This document shows positions 40,547 through 48,921 of a DNA stretch of 64,000 nucleotides, in pieces; within the stretch, counting starts at the first letter, position 1, and each line of letters opens with the position of its first letter. The notes beneath the pieces are model-generated. The model saw nothing but the letters and a program-made list of their open reading frames with translations, was not told the DNA's origin and searched no databases. The position numbers and the translations under genes were made by a program. The stretch lies in the NCBI GenBank assembly GCA_965603285.1, contig CBFDCK010000002.1, positions 410-64,409 on the forward strand, read 5' to 3'. Origin of the DNA: an uncultured bacterium (lineage in GTDB: Bacteria > Chloroflexota > Anaerolineae > Anaerolineales > UBA4823).

Positions 40547-41698
40547 ATGAACTCAAAAGAGCGCCTTCAATCTACCTTGTCACACCAAATTCCAGATCGT
40601 ATCCCCTTCGATCTCGGCGGGTCGCCAATGTCTGGTATCCATATCGCTGCCTATGAAAAATTGATCAAATATCTTGGGTTTGACGATCTCGAAACCGAGG
40701 TCTATGACCATATTCAACAACTGGCGCTCCCCCATGAGCAGGTATTAAAACAGCTTGAGGTTGATATCCGGACCATCAGATCAAGCAGCCCGGTTTCTTT
40801 CAAGCTGGATATTCAAAATATTGGAGACTATACCGAATACACGGATGAATGGGGAGTACGTTGGCGGAAGCCTCTTGTGGGTGGTTTTTATTATGACATG
40901 GTTTTCCACCCACTTGAATATGCTCAAAACCTAACGGAGCTCAGGGATTATACCTGGATAAATCCGGATGATGAAAGCCGCTACTCTGGTCTGGAAGAAA
41001 TAGCCGCTAATTACGCCAATAACGGATTAGGTGTAATGCATTGGTCAATTGGACCCGGCGTATCCGAAACACACGCCTGGTTGCGCGGCTATGAAAAATA
41101 CTATACTGATTTTTATTTAAATCCGGATATCGCTGAGACCATTATGTCAAAAGTTGTGGACATCAAGATCGCATACTGGAAAAACGCCTTATCCAGATCA
41201 GGCAAACACATAGATGTGGTCGTTGAAGCGGACGATTTGGCTGGACAGAACGGGCCGTTGATCTCCCCCAAGGCGTACCGTCAGTTCATTAAACCCCAGC
41301 ATACCCGCCTTTTTTCGGCCATCAAAAAGATCGCGCCACATGTGAAAATATTTTTCCACAGCTGTGGTGCAGTCCACGACTTTATTGGTGATTTCATCGA
41401 AAGTGGCATTGACATTCTCAACCCCGTGCAAAAATCGGCGACGGGAATGGACTTGCAGCAGTTAAAGCAAGAATTTGGTAAAGATGTCGTTTTTTGGGGT
41501 GGCGGTGTCGATACCCAAAGGGTATTCGATGGCGATGATATCAAGGCGGTCAGAGTAGATGTGCGCCAGAACATCACAACCCTGAAACCAGGCGGAGGAT
41601 TTGTATTCACACCTGTGCATAACACCCAGGCCAATGTACCCCCACAGAATTACATGGCAATGTGGGAAACGCTCCAAGAAGAAGGTCTTTACCGGTAA
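40547..41698 (+). CDS. Uroporphyrinogen-decarboxylase (URO-D) superfamily protein, MtaA/CmuA-like
   Basis: 383 aa. N-terminal ERLQSTLSHQIPDRIPFD. TIM-barrel-like length. HSCG (H-x-C) motif at KIFFHSCGAV. Not in a heme-biosynthesis context. Confidence 0.7.
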   Translation: MNSKERLQSTLSHQIPDRIPFDLGGSPMSGIHIAAYEKLIKYLGFDDLETEVYDHIQQLALPHEQVLKQLEVDIRTIRSSSPVSFKLDIQNIGDYTEYTDEWGVRWRKPLVGGFYYDMVFHPLEYAQNLTELRDYTWINPDDESRYSGLEEIAANYANNGLGVMHWSIGPGVSETHAWLRGYEKYYTDFYLNPDIAETIMSKVVDIKIAYWKNALSRSGKHIDVVVEADDLAGQNGPLISPKAYRQFIKPQHTRLFSAIKKIAPHVKIFFHSCGAVHDFIGDFIESGIDILNPVQKSATGMDLQQLKQEFGKDVVFWGGGVDTQRVFDGDDIKAVRVDVRQNITTLKPGGGFVFTPVHNTQANVPPQNYMAMWETLQEEGLYR

Positions 41699-41709
41699 AA
41701 AGAGTAAAC

Positions 41710-42549
41710 ATGTACAGCAAACGAAATTATCTGAACAAAAGCTATATCGAGATCATCAATCCAAACATTACACGCGGCAAGATCAAGTTCGCCATTTTTG
41801 ATTTTGACGGCACTATCTCCTTGATCCGCGAGGGTTGGCAACAGATCATGATCTCCATGATGGTTGATATCCTTATGCAAATACCAGAGCATGAAAGCCG
41901 GGACGAGATCGAAATAATCGTGCGTACCTATGTAGCCAATACAACAGGGAAACAAACCATCTACCAGATGATCCGCTTAGCGGAAGAGATCGAAAAAAGA
42001 GGCAGCGTGCCCCAAGAACCGCTGGCATATAAAAATCTATATCACGATCTGCTGATGAAGCGCATCATTGAACGGCTGGACGGCTTGCGCAGCGGTGATC
42101 TCCAACCAGAAGATTGGGCTGTGCCCGGCGCATTAGATATGCTGGCTGTTCTGAATCAGTATGAGGTCACTCACTTCCTGGCTTCCGGCACTGATGAAAA
42201 ATACGTGTTAGATGAAGCCGATCTTTTAGGCGTTTCGAAATACTTCGTCGGTATATATGGCGCATTAGATGATTACAAGAATTTCTCAAAAAAGATAGTC
42301 ATTCAAAAGATCATCAAAGACAACCAACTCAGCGGTCCCGAACTGGTCGGTTTCGGTGATGGTTACGTGGAAATTGAAGACACCAAAGCGGTCGGCGGTA
42401 TTGCCGTTGGGGTTGCCACCAATGAAACCGAACGCCAAGGTATTGATGAATGGAAGCGTGAGCGGTTAATCTCTTCTGGCGCAGATATCATTATGCCTGA
42501 TTTCCGCCAATATCAATATCTTATTAATTATTTAATGTTGGAGAAGTGA
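41710..42549 (+). CDS. HAD-superfamily hydrolase (phosphatase-like)
   Basis: Start taken at MYSKRNY (ATG 41710). Motif I FDFDGTIS, a capped HAD layout, and the late motif GFGDGYVE. Confidence 0.7.
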   Translation: MYSKRNYLNKSYIEIINPNITRGKIKFAIFDFDGTISLIREGWQQIMISMMVDILMQIPEHESRDEIEIIVRTYVANTTGKQTIYQMIRLAEEIEKRGSVPQEPLAYKNLYHDLLMKRIIERLDGLRSGDLQPEDWAVPGALDMLAVLNQYEVTHFLASGTDEKYVLDEADLLGVSKYFVGIYGALDDYKNFSKKIVIQKIIKDNQLSGPELVGFGDGYVEIEDTKAVGGIAVGVATNETERQGIDEWKRERLISSGADIIMPDFRQYQYLINYLMLEK

Positions 42550-42551
42550 AC

Positions 42552-43526
42552 ATGCCTTACCCCATTTTTGACCGCTCGAAATTGACTTTACTCTCGCTAT
42601 CAGATCGGGAACATGACCTATCCATGGATGTAATCCTAGACTTATCAGATGTGATCCCCACTTTTGAGAACGGGAATTTAGAAACTCTCGCCAAGCGCAT
42701 CGTTAAAGCCCACCAGCGCGGAGCAGCTGTGATCTTTTTAATGGGCGCCCATGTGATTCGCAGCGGCGTATCTCGTTTTCTGATCGACCTGATGGAAAAA
42801 GGAATGATCGACCTGATCGGATGCAACGGGGCAGTCACCATTCACGATATGGAATTTGCCATGATCGGCAAAACGACTGAGAGTGTTGCCAGGTATATTC
42901 AGGTCGGGCAGTTTGGTCTGTGGAAAGAGACCGGTCGGGTAAATGATGCCGCTAAATTCGCTTACGAGCATGGTCTTGGTCTGGGTGAATCAATTGGCAA
43001 AATGATCCATGACAACCCCGACGAATTCCCAAATAGCGATATAAGTGTGTTGGCAACCGGCTACGGCCTGGGCATCCCAATCACCGTGCACGTTGGCATT
43101 GGACAAGACATCGTTCACGAACACCCGAACTTTGACGGGGCTGCTTACGGCGCGGCCAGCTACCGCGACTTCCTGACGTTCGTCAACTGCGTCGAAAACC
43201 TGGAGGGAGGCGTGATGCTCAATATTGGTACAGCCGTGATGGGACCAGAAGTGTACCTGAAGGCATTGGCAATGGCCCGCAACGTAGCGATGCAGGAGAA
43301 TCGAGTGATTAAACATTTCACCACAGGCGTTCTTGATATAGTCGACCTGGGAGAAAACCCAGGAAAAGAAGCCCCAAAAACCGACGCCGTTTATTATTTC
43401 CGGCCATTTAAAACAGTCTTAGTGCGTACCGTTGCCGATGGTGGTGAGAGTTATTATGTCAGAGGAAATCACCGGGTAACCGTTTCCAATCTGCACCGTT
43501 TGATTTTAGAAAACCTTCAGGCGTGA
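42552..43526 (+). CDS. Deoxyhypusine-synthase-like (DHS-like Rossmann fold) family protein, function unknown
   Basis: The segment FLMGAHVIRSGVSRFLIDLMEKGMIDLIGCNGAVTIHDMEF resembles the DHS core (G..SSG.R......L......VD..VTT.G..E.D). GIPITVHVGIG resembles IPVFCPA.TD.S.G. The assignment is tentative. GTG 42546 is an alternative start. Confidence 0.45.
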   Translation: MPYPIFDRSKLTLLSLSDREHDLSMDVILDLSDVIPTFENGNLETLAKRIVKAHQRGAAVIFLMGAHVIRSGVSRFLIDLMEKGMIDLIGCNGAVTIHDMEFAMIGKTTESVARYIQVGQFGLWKETGRVNDAAKFAYEHGLGLGESIGKMIHDNPDEFPNSDISVLATGYGLGIPITVHVGIGQDIVHEHPNFDGAAYGAASYRDFLTFVNCVENLEGGVMLNIGTAVMGPEVYLKALAMARNVAMQENRVIKHFTTGVLDIVDLGENPGKEAPKTDAVYYFRPFKTVLVRTVADGGESYYVRGNHRVTVSNLHRLILENLQA

Positions 43527-43530
43527 GATT

Positions 43531-44583
43531 ATGGAAAACAAAAGGCTTGAAAAAATCCTTACATCTTTCCCGGAAGGAAAGATCGCCGTTCTGGGTGATT
43601 TCTTCCTCGACCTGTACATATCATTGGATCGGTCCTTATCCGAGCTTTCACTGGAAACCAATTTAGAAGCATTCCAGGCTGTGGACATCAAAGACCTTCC
43701 AGGCGCTGCGGGCGTGGTAACCAATAACCTGGTCGCTCTAGGAGCCAGCACATCTGCGATCGCATACACCGGTGATGACGGCAACGGCTACATGCTGCGT
43801 AAAGAACTGAGCCAACGGGGCGTTAACATCGAACACCTGCTGCAATCTACAGAACGCTTCACGCCTACTTATATAAAACCGATGATGACCGAAGTGGCTG
43901 GCTCCACGATTGAGCTCAACCGCATCGATGTCAAGAACCGCACACCTAATTCCTTAGAACTGGAAAATGAGATCATCCAGCGGATTAGAGTTGCCATTAA
44001 GGATCATGATGGCATCTTGGTCGCTGAGCAGGTCAAAGATGATAGCTGTAGTGTGCTCTCGCCGCGTGTGCGCATGGCGCTGGCGGATATATCGCTAGCG
44101 AATCCCGACAAAGTATTTATTGTAGATTCCAGGCATTTCACCGCCAAATATGAGCATGTCTCGCTCAAAGTGAATTTATTCGAAGCCATTAAAGCCGCTG
44201 GCGAGCTTAATGCTCGATTCCATACTCAAAAGAAAGCCGACAAGCTGGAAACAGCCATAATCTGCCAGCGCTTGCTATGGAAAAAGGTCAAAAGACCAAT
44301 TTTCATCACCCTTGGATCAAAAGGCATCAGCGGCTACGCAGATGGGGAAGATTTTTATCATCCCGGATATCACACCACTGGACCAATCGATATCGTCGGC
44401 GCTGGCGATTCGGTACTGGCTGGCTGCGGGGTATCCCTATGTGCCGGCGCTATGCCTGAGGAAGCTGCCTATATCGGCAATCTGATCGGTTCGATCACCA
44501 TTGAACAAATCGGCACGACCGGTATTGCCACGCCAGAACAGCTGCTTGAAAGACATTACGAATACCAAAAACAAAACCACTAA
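43531..44583 (+). CDS. PfkB-family carbohydrate kinase, HldE/RfaE kinase-domain-like
   Basis: 350 aa. N-terminal VLGDFFLDLY...PGAAGVVTNNLVALGA resembles heptose-7-P kinases. PfkB signature DIVGAGDSV. Confidence 0.8.
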   Translation: MENKRLEKILTSFPEGKIAVLGDFFLDLYISLDRSLSELSLETNLEAFQAVDIKDLPGAAGVVTNNLVALGASTSAIAYTGDDGNGYMLRKELSQRGVNIEHLLQSTERFTPTYIKPMMTEVAGSTIELNRIDVKNRTPNSLELENEIIQRIRVAIKDHDGILVAEQVKDDSCSVLSPRVRMALADISLANPDKVFIVDSRHFTAKYEHVSLKVNLFEAIKAAGELNARFHTQKKADKLETAIICQRLLWKKVKRPIFITLGSKGISGYADGEDFYHPGYHTTGPIDIVGAGDSVLAGCGVSLCAGAMPEEAAYIGNLIGSITIEQIGTTGIATPEQLLERHYEYQKQNH

Positions 44584-44607
44584 CTTCATGCAAAAGGAAA
44601 ATCAAAT

Positions 44608-45177
44608 ATGAAAGCTTATCAAGATATCATCGTTGACTACATTGATGACCTAAAATCCGTTTTGGACCAACTCTCCAAACCGGATCTCCTGGCGATCATC
44701 AACGCACTGGCAAAAGCCCGCCAGGATGAAAAAACTATCTACATTTGCGGCAACGGCGGCAGCGCGTCTACCGCCAGCCACATGGTTTGTGACCTCTCAA
44801 AGAACACCCGTAAAGATGAAGCTAAACGCCTCAAAGTGATCGGATTATCCGATAACATAGCCTTAATGACCGCCTATGCCAATGACGAAGGCTATGACCG
44901 AATTTTTGCCGAACAGATCATATCCTTGATCCAGCCGGGTGATGTGCTGCTGGCTATCAGCGGCAGCGGAAACTCTCCTAATGTGTTGCTCGGTGTAGAA
45001 ACCGCCAAGCAAATCGGCGCCACAACAATCGGGCTGACCGGTTTTCAAGGCGGACAGCTTATAGAGTTGGTCGATATTTGCCTGATTGTTCCCTACAACA
45101 GTCTGGAACAGATCGAAGATGTGCATTTGATTATCAACCACATCCTGACCATCAGCCTTGGGCAGGGCAAAGCATAA
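44608..45177 (+). CDS. SIS-domain sugar-phosphate isomerase (GmhA/DiaA-like)
   Basis: 189 aa. YICGNGGSASTASHMVCDL and ISGSGNSPNV motifs. Confidence 0.8.
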   Translation: MKAYQDIIVDYIDDLKSVLDQLSKPDLLAIINALAKARQDEKTIYICGNGGSASTASHMVCDLSKNTRKDEAKRLKVIGLSDNIALMTAYANDEGYDRIFAEQIISLIQPGDVLLAISGSGNSPNVLLGVETAKQIGATTIGLTGFQGGQLIELVDICLIVPYNSLEQIEDVHLIINHILTISLGQGKA

Positions 45178-45185
45178 AAAAGAAA

Positions 45186-46319
45186 TTGAACGCCCGCCAA
45201 CGTGTCATCCAGACCTTAGACCACCAACTGCCCGACCGCGTCCCTCTGGCAATTTGGGGTGGTCCGTATGGCATTGTGGACGAACTCTACTTCAAGCTGC
45301 TGCCCTTATTGGGTTTAAGCGAGCCCGTCGCACCCTTCCGCCAAGGCCACACCGTCAATCATATCGATGACCGCGTCTTGAAAAAACTGGGCGCTGACAT
45401 TCGCTACGTTTGGCCGGGAGCCTCGCCTACCAGCCCGCGTTACCCAACTGATGACCCTGATATCTTCCTGGATGGCTTCGGTCAGAAGTGGATCCAAACC
45501 TTCCCATACTTCACCGCCACAGATGGGTTGCTAAAACAAGCCCATTCAATCTCGGAAATCGATGAACTGGTCAATTGGCCGGATACCAGCAAACCCGAAT
45601 GGACTGCAGGGGTAGCTGAGCGATCGTGCATACTGGCAAAAGACGGAGAATACTACATTGCCGCCCGCATGGTCGTCTCGCATGGTCCCTTTCAGCTTGC
45701 CTGTGACCTACGCGGCGCTGCCGAATTCATGCTGGATATGGTGATGAATCCAGATTTCGCCGCCGCCCTGCTGGACAAAGTCACCACTACCATCTGCGGC
45801 TTGACCGATGCTTACATGCAATCGGGAGGCCAATATTATGACCTGATCGAACTTCCCGGCGATGACTATGCCAGCAACGTCAACCTGATTATCTCCCCCA
45901 AGATGTTCCGGGATTTCATCAAACCCTGCATTAAACGCATGGTGGAGACTATCCGCGCACACAAGTCAGATATCAAGATCATGTTGCACTCGGATGGCGC
46001 AATTCAAAAATTGATCCCAGATTTCATTGAACTCGGGATCGATGTGCTGCACCCACTGGAACCTGTTTCTGGTATAGATGTAGCTGCCGTAAAACACGAA
46101 TTCGGGCAGCAGATCGCTTTCATTGGCGGTATCGATATTTCCAAAGCCATGCCGGGTAATCTGCAAGACGTGTGTACAGACGTGGATCGCTGTATTCGGG
46201 ACCTCGCTCCCAGGGGAGGGTACATAATGGCACCCTGCAATCATTTACAAGCTGATGTGTCTCCCGAAAATGTGATTGAAATGTTCAGTTACGCGTGCGA
46301 GAACGGTAGATATAAATAG
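45186..46319 (+). CDS. URO-D superfamily protein, second paralog
   Basis: TTG 45186 gives MNARQRVIQTLDHQLPDRVP, co-linear with the N-terminus of the first paralog. HSDG replaces HSCG. Has the C-terminal motif APCNH. Confidence 0.7.
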   Translation: MNARQRVIQTLDHQLPDRVPLAIWGGPYGIVDELYFKLLPLLGLSEPVAPFRQGHTVNHIDDRVLKKLGADIRYVWPGASPTSPRYPTDDPDIFLDGFGQKWIQTFPYFTATDGLLKQAHSISEIDELVNWPDTSKPEWTAGVAERSCILAKDGEYYIAARMVVSHGPFQLACDLRGAAEFMLDMVMNPDFAAALLDKVTTTICGLTDAYMQSGGQYYDLIELPGDDYASNVNLIISPKMFRDFIKPCIKRMVETIRAHKSDIKIMLHSDGAIQKLIPDFIELGIDVLHPLEPVSGIDVAAVKHEFGQQIAFIGGIDISKAMPGNLQDVCTDVDRCIRDLAPRGGYIMAPCNHLQADVSPENVIEMFSYACENGRYK

Positions 46320-46734
46320 ATCGTGACTATGCGCATTTCTATGCTTTTTTCTTTAACTCCTCTAACAAGCTCGCGATAACCCAGAATTGGTCACCATGAT
46401 ATCGGCTTCATCAAAGTCGTAAACCCGGGTCAAACCTTTCCTGTCAATCTTCTGCGACCGCAACTCGGTCACACTTACACATCGTGCGTTCCATGCTGCC
46501 TTAAAGCGGTATCGGATCGTAACACCCCTCGTTATTCATCAAGTTATGCGTGAAAAAACGACTTTAACCACCCGATAATTGTGAAAGAACCCGTAGTACA
46601 CATATACTTCAGGCAAACTTTTTTCGCAATGCATAATCATTCTCAGGCTCCTCGATACATGTCGAATTAATATAAAAAAGCCCGGAGAGCGAAATAATCT
46701 TTCCGAACTTTCTGTCATACTAAAATTGCACAGG

Positions 46735-46809
46735 CGGTCCCGACGGGATTCGAACCCGCGATCTCGGCCTTGACAGGGCCGCGTGTTAAACCAGCTACAC
46801 TACGGGACC
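46735..46809 (-). tRNA. tRNA-Asp (anticodon GUC)
   Basis: Cloverleaf folded by hand: acceptor GGTCCCG/CGGGACC, D-arm GTGT..ACAC, anticodon stem CGGCC/GGCCG with loop CTGTCAA, T-arm GCGGG-TTCGAAT-CCCGT, discriminator G. It is followed by CC (the full CCA is not encoded). Confidence 0.9.
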
Positions 46810-47030
46810 GTGCGGGCAGAAGTTTACCATACGCAAGATTTAGCGTCAAGTGAAATGACTTTTCGCCTACTCCTAAGTACCCTCAATATATAAATCCGAA
46901 ACCTCGCCGTGCGAAATCAATTCCATGAATCCTGGATGATCTTCACTAATTTTCAGATCAGTTCATTGCCCTCCATGTGTGGGAAACTCGACCATCGTCG
47001 TTGTACATAAATCGAATCATGCATCGATCG

Positions 47031-48905
47031 TCATCTCTCAATTTGTGATTGCAGCAAGCGCAGCAAGGATCTACGTGCTAATAAATCAGAATTCACCATA
47101 CCCAGAACACGACCATCATCAACGACTGGCATGGCAGAAATCTCATGATGTTCCAATTTCCTAATTAACTCCAATATCGTATCCGAAGGTGCAACCGATA
47201 CCACATCTGTACTCATTATTTGCTTCAAAGGGATATTGTCAGGATCACCCAAAGCGGTTGAACGGGTAATATCCCATTCAGTCACAACACCTACCAATTC
47301 ACATTCAGGTGAGACAACAGCCAGTATCGAACTGCTGGCTTCGATAATCATAGCAGCAGCCTCACGAGCGTTATGATTTGCTTCAATCGTTGGGATATGT
47401 ACCATAATATCAGCAGCGGTGCGATCACTTTCACTTGATGCAATCCTGCGAATGCTTATTATTTCTGCGGCCTCGCTTGGCAACATATCGGCATCTGAAA
47501 TAAGCAAATCCACAAGCTCACGCATGTTACGCCGGATTACTCCTTCACGATATATTTGTGCAGAATTACGCCTTTTTTCAGCTAATTCGTTTAATTCTGC
47601 TGCATTATCATGCAGCCACATATCCACCGCTTCGCGATCACCCAGCATTTCCATGGGTATACGTAAATGCTCGGGGGTACTGATAAGATGCTCTTGAGCC
47701 GCATAAATTACACCACCTGAGTTCACCATGTAGTCAGTTGCAATCAGTACCCCTTTTCGCCGGTAAACTTCCCTCTCCATGCGCGCACGCGCAGCTTTAC
47801 GAGATTTTATAGGCGAATAAGTATTGGCTCCCTCAACGATAACAGCCCAGTCTCCCATCAGCCTCACTGTTATCGAGGGCTTGGTAGATTTATCTACACA
47901 CAGATAATTTGCGATTGGAGAGGCAGGAATTAAACAAAATGCCGACTCGCGTAATAGATCGTCAGGCGAGTTTGAATATTTAGTTCGTAGTAATTTATTT
48001 GTCTCTGGAGCTACTACCTGTTCGTAATAATCACGTGTTACCAGATCATTCTCTGCCCACATTTGATATAGTTCTTCAACCGGTAATCCTTCTTCTTTAT
48101 AGAGGTAACCTTGAATATCGCTTATTCCTGTGACTCGTGCACCAGGTAGACGTTTCCGCAGGATGCGTGCTGCGTGCGCACCCACAGCTCCAAATCCTTG
48201 AATTAATACATCCAAGTTATTTAGCTTCGGAATTTCCAGGTCACTGAACTGGGGCAATACTTTTAATCTCGACATCTCTTCTAAAAGCGCCTGCAAGGCA
48301 ATGATCGTCCCACCAGCCGCAGCACCGAGTTCATCGATGCGATTGCCTCCCATATCGACCGGTTTAGAAAGAGCTTCATCTAAACCGTTTTCAATCGCGA
48401 TTGTTTTCATATCCGCATCAGAGGTTCCGACATCCGGTCCCGGCAAATATATATCATGGTAGCAGTAAATCAAACGTGCGAAGCCACGCACTACCTCACG
48501 ATGCTCATCTGATGTCAAATCTCTCCCAGCAACAATTCCGGATTTTCCTCCACCATAAGGGAGGTCGGCTGCTGCATTTTTTAATGTCATTCCCCGTGCT
48601 AAATTATGAACGATCGATGGGGTAATATCCGGCAGCATACGGATGCCTCCCATTGAAGGTCTTCCCATTGCCAGATTGTCAACAACTAGATATCCGCCAA
48701 TCTCAAGAGTCGCATCCTCATCCCACATACAAACAATAACTTTGGGACCAAGGTTGTCAACCTCGATCCCCAACCTCGCTAACCGATCCACATCGAGGGA
48801 ATTAAATTCTAAAAAACATTTTCCGTCCCGAGATTGAAGGCGATTTTCCCACGTTTTTTCTGGCAGGTGTTCGCGCAGAAAAACTTCCATAGTTTTAGGG
48901 ATCAT
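47031..48905 (-). CDS. Glu/Leu/Phe/Val-type amino-acid dehydrogenase fused to a C-terminal CBS pair
   Basis: 624 aa. Catalytic region MGGIRM...KNAAADLPYGGGKSGIV, a Rossmann motif GFGAVGAH, and a last ~130 aa forming two CBS motifs. Confidence 0.85.
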   Translation of the reverse strand: MIPKTMEVFLREHLPEKTWENRLQSRDGKCFLEFNSLDVDRLARLGIEVDNLGPKVIVCMWDEDATLEIGGYLVVDNLAMGRPSMGGIRMLPDITPSIVHNLARGMTLKNAAADLPYGGGKSGIVAGRDLTSDEHREVVRGFARLIYCYHDIYLPGPDVGTSDADMKTIAIENGLDEALSKPVDMGGNRIDELGAAAGGTIIALQALLEEMSRLKVLPQFSDLEIPKLNNLDVLIQGFGAVGAHAARILRKRLPGARVTGISDIQGYLYKEEGLPVEELYQMWAENDLVTRDYYEQVVAPETNKLLRTKYSNSPDDLLRESAFCLIPASPIANYLCVDKSTKPSITVRLMGDWAVIVEGANTYSPIKSRKAARARMEREVYRRKGVLIATDYMVNSGGVIYAAQEHLISTPEHLRIPMEMLGDREAVDMWLHDNAAELNELAEKRRNSAQIYREGVIRRNMRELVDLLISDADMLPSEAAEIISIRRIASSESDRTAADIMVHIPTIEANHNAREAAAMIIEASSSILAVVSPECELVGVVTEWDITRSTALGDPDNIPLKQIMSTDVVSVAPSDTILELIRKLEHHEISAMPVVDDGRVLGMVNSDLLARRSLLRLLQSQIER

Positions 48906-48921
48906 TTAATTACTCCCAATT

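Noticed and set aside
46674-46705. Weak hairpin (cggaaag/ctctccg, 6/7) plus T-run just downstream of tRNA-Asp on the minus strand
   Set aside because: The stem is short and mismatched, with a 3-nt spacer before the T-run. That is too weak to list as a terminator.
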